From the NCBI GenBank assembly GCA_010021145.1, contig RGRP01000001.1, forward strand, positions 1-52,290: a stretch of DNA of 52,290 bases. The letters run 5' to 3'. The notes beneath the pieces were generated by a model that was given only the letters and a program-made list of their open reading frames with translations, ran no database searches and was not told the origin of the DNA. Position 1 is the first letter of the stretch, and each line of letters opens with the position of its first letter. This DNA is from Candidatus Fonsibacter lacus. GTDB lineage: Bacteria > Pseudomonadota > Alphaproteobacteria > Pelagibacterales > Pelagibacteraceae. This document shows positions 51,476 to 52,290 of the stretch, piece after piece. Both the position numbers and the translations under genes were made by a program.

Positions 51476-52216
51476 TCGTTTAAGAGGCGAACCTCTTCCT
51501 GAGATTGCTCCATCATCTGAAACAGCCTCAGTTAATCCCATAGATATTCCAGCACCAATAGATGCTGCAAGTCCAACTACAAAAGTCGTCCAGGTGTTTT
51601 GTGTTGCAAATGCTGTTGCAAAAATTGGAGCCAACGTTGAAACAGATCCATCCATTAATCCAGCTAAACCGGGCTGAACCCAAGTTAAGATAAATTGTCT
51701 TTTAGAAGTTCTCGCCTCAATTTCTTTTGCATCTCCACTTGAATGAGATTCAATTAATTTATCAGCAACAGAAGTATGTCCTGCTTCAGCAGCAGCAAGA
51801 TCTCCTAGTAATTTTCTAGTTCCAGCATCACTTGTTGCTTGAGCTGCTTTCATATAAAAATTATAAGCATCTCTTTCCATCATTTCAGATTCCAATCTAA
51901 TTCTATCAACACTTAAATTTTTCATTAGCCATACAGGTTTTCGTGCATAAAAACCTGAAACGTGTTCTCTTCTTATCAAAGGAATATTTTCACCAAATCT
52001 TGATTGAAATTTATCGATTAGAACTTTTCTATGACCATCTTCAACTCTGGCCATATCAAAAAATATTTTTGCAGTATCAGGATAATCCTTTTTTAAATGT
52101 TCAGCGTAGCTTCTATAAATTGAAGCATCATCTTCTTCCGAAGAAATAGCTAATGCTAATATTTCTTTTTCACTTAAATCTGAAAATCTTCTTCGGTAAC
52201 TAAAACCAGGTATCAT
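51449..52216 (-). CDS. mbfA: Iron exporter MbfA (rubrerythrin-like + VIT1/CCC1), C-terminally truncated; possible pseudogene
   Basis: [15 protein letters not shown] diiron motifs, [49 protein letters not shown]; homology stops at PLKR where the ORF runs into the argJ stop. Confidence 0.85.
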   Translation of the reverse strand: MIPGFSYRRRFSDLSEKEILALAISSEEDDASIYRSYAEHLKKDYPDTAKIFFDMARVEDGHRKVLIDKFQSRFGENIPLIRREHVSGFYARKPVWLMKNLSVDRIRLESEMMERDAYNFYMKAAQATSDAGTRKLLGDLAAAEAGHTSVADKLIESHSSGDAKEIEARTSKRQFILTWVQPGLAGLMDGSVSTLAPIFATAFATQNTWTTFVVGLAASIGAGISMGLTEAVSDDGAISGRGSPLKRLRSIICIN

Positions 52217-52290
52217 TAATATTAAATACTAATTTTAAATTTATAAATTAGATTACTTTTAATTCACGTAAGCCTGCATAAAAATCTTTT

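Overview
AT-rich, very gene-dense (intergenic gaps mostly <60 nt, many overlaps) core-chromosome segment of a streamlined alphaproteobacterium. Protein sequences, gene order and composition point to Pelagibacterales (SAR11), possibly the brackish/freshwater subclade III; this is inference, not a database result. It runs truB(partial)-rpsO-pnp, fabI-fabB-fabA, SH3/moeB-like/dut/coaBC/ubiB/ubiE, mutM-rpsT-dnaA-dnaN-recF-gyrB-regB, a four-gene polyamine operon, regA, bioY/ABC, polA-chvI-chvG-ahcY-tsaE-amgK-lysS-pyrD, TSUP, rpmB-yhhQ, cobT-cobS-J-domain/bolA, aroB-aroK, aceB, accA, secA, argJ and mbfA. I saw no rRNA, tRNA, CRISPR array or mobile element. The best candidates for something new are: (i) a coupled fold-III decarboxylase + deoxyhypusine-synthase-like + AguB + AguA operon that may encode a homospermidine route with deiminase/amidase instead of agmatinase; (ii) a TSUP transporter apparently fused to the C-terminal helix of the lost TIGR02186 partner; (iii) an orphan CobST AAA+/VWA module whose J-protein has a duplicated Cys/His domain; (iv) clean deletions in pnp (about 70 aa, in frame) and mbfA (C-terminus); (v) an unannotated 52-aa membrane ORF and aceB at the usual xerD position; (vi) structured or repeated intergenic DNA upstream of dnaA and regA.
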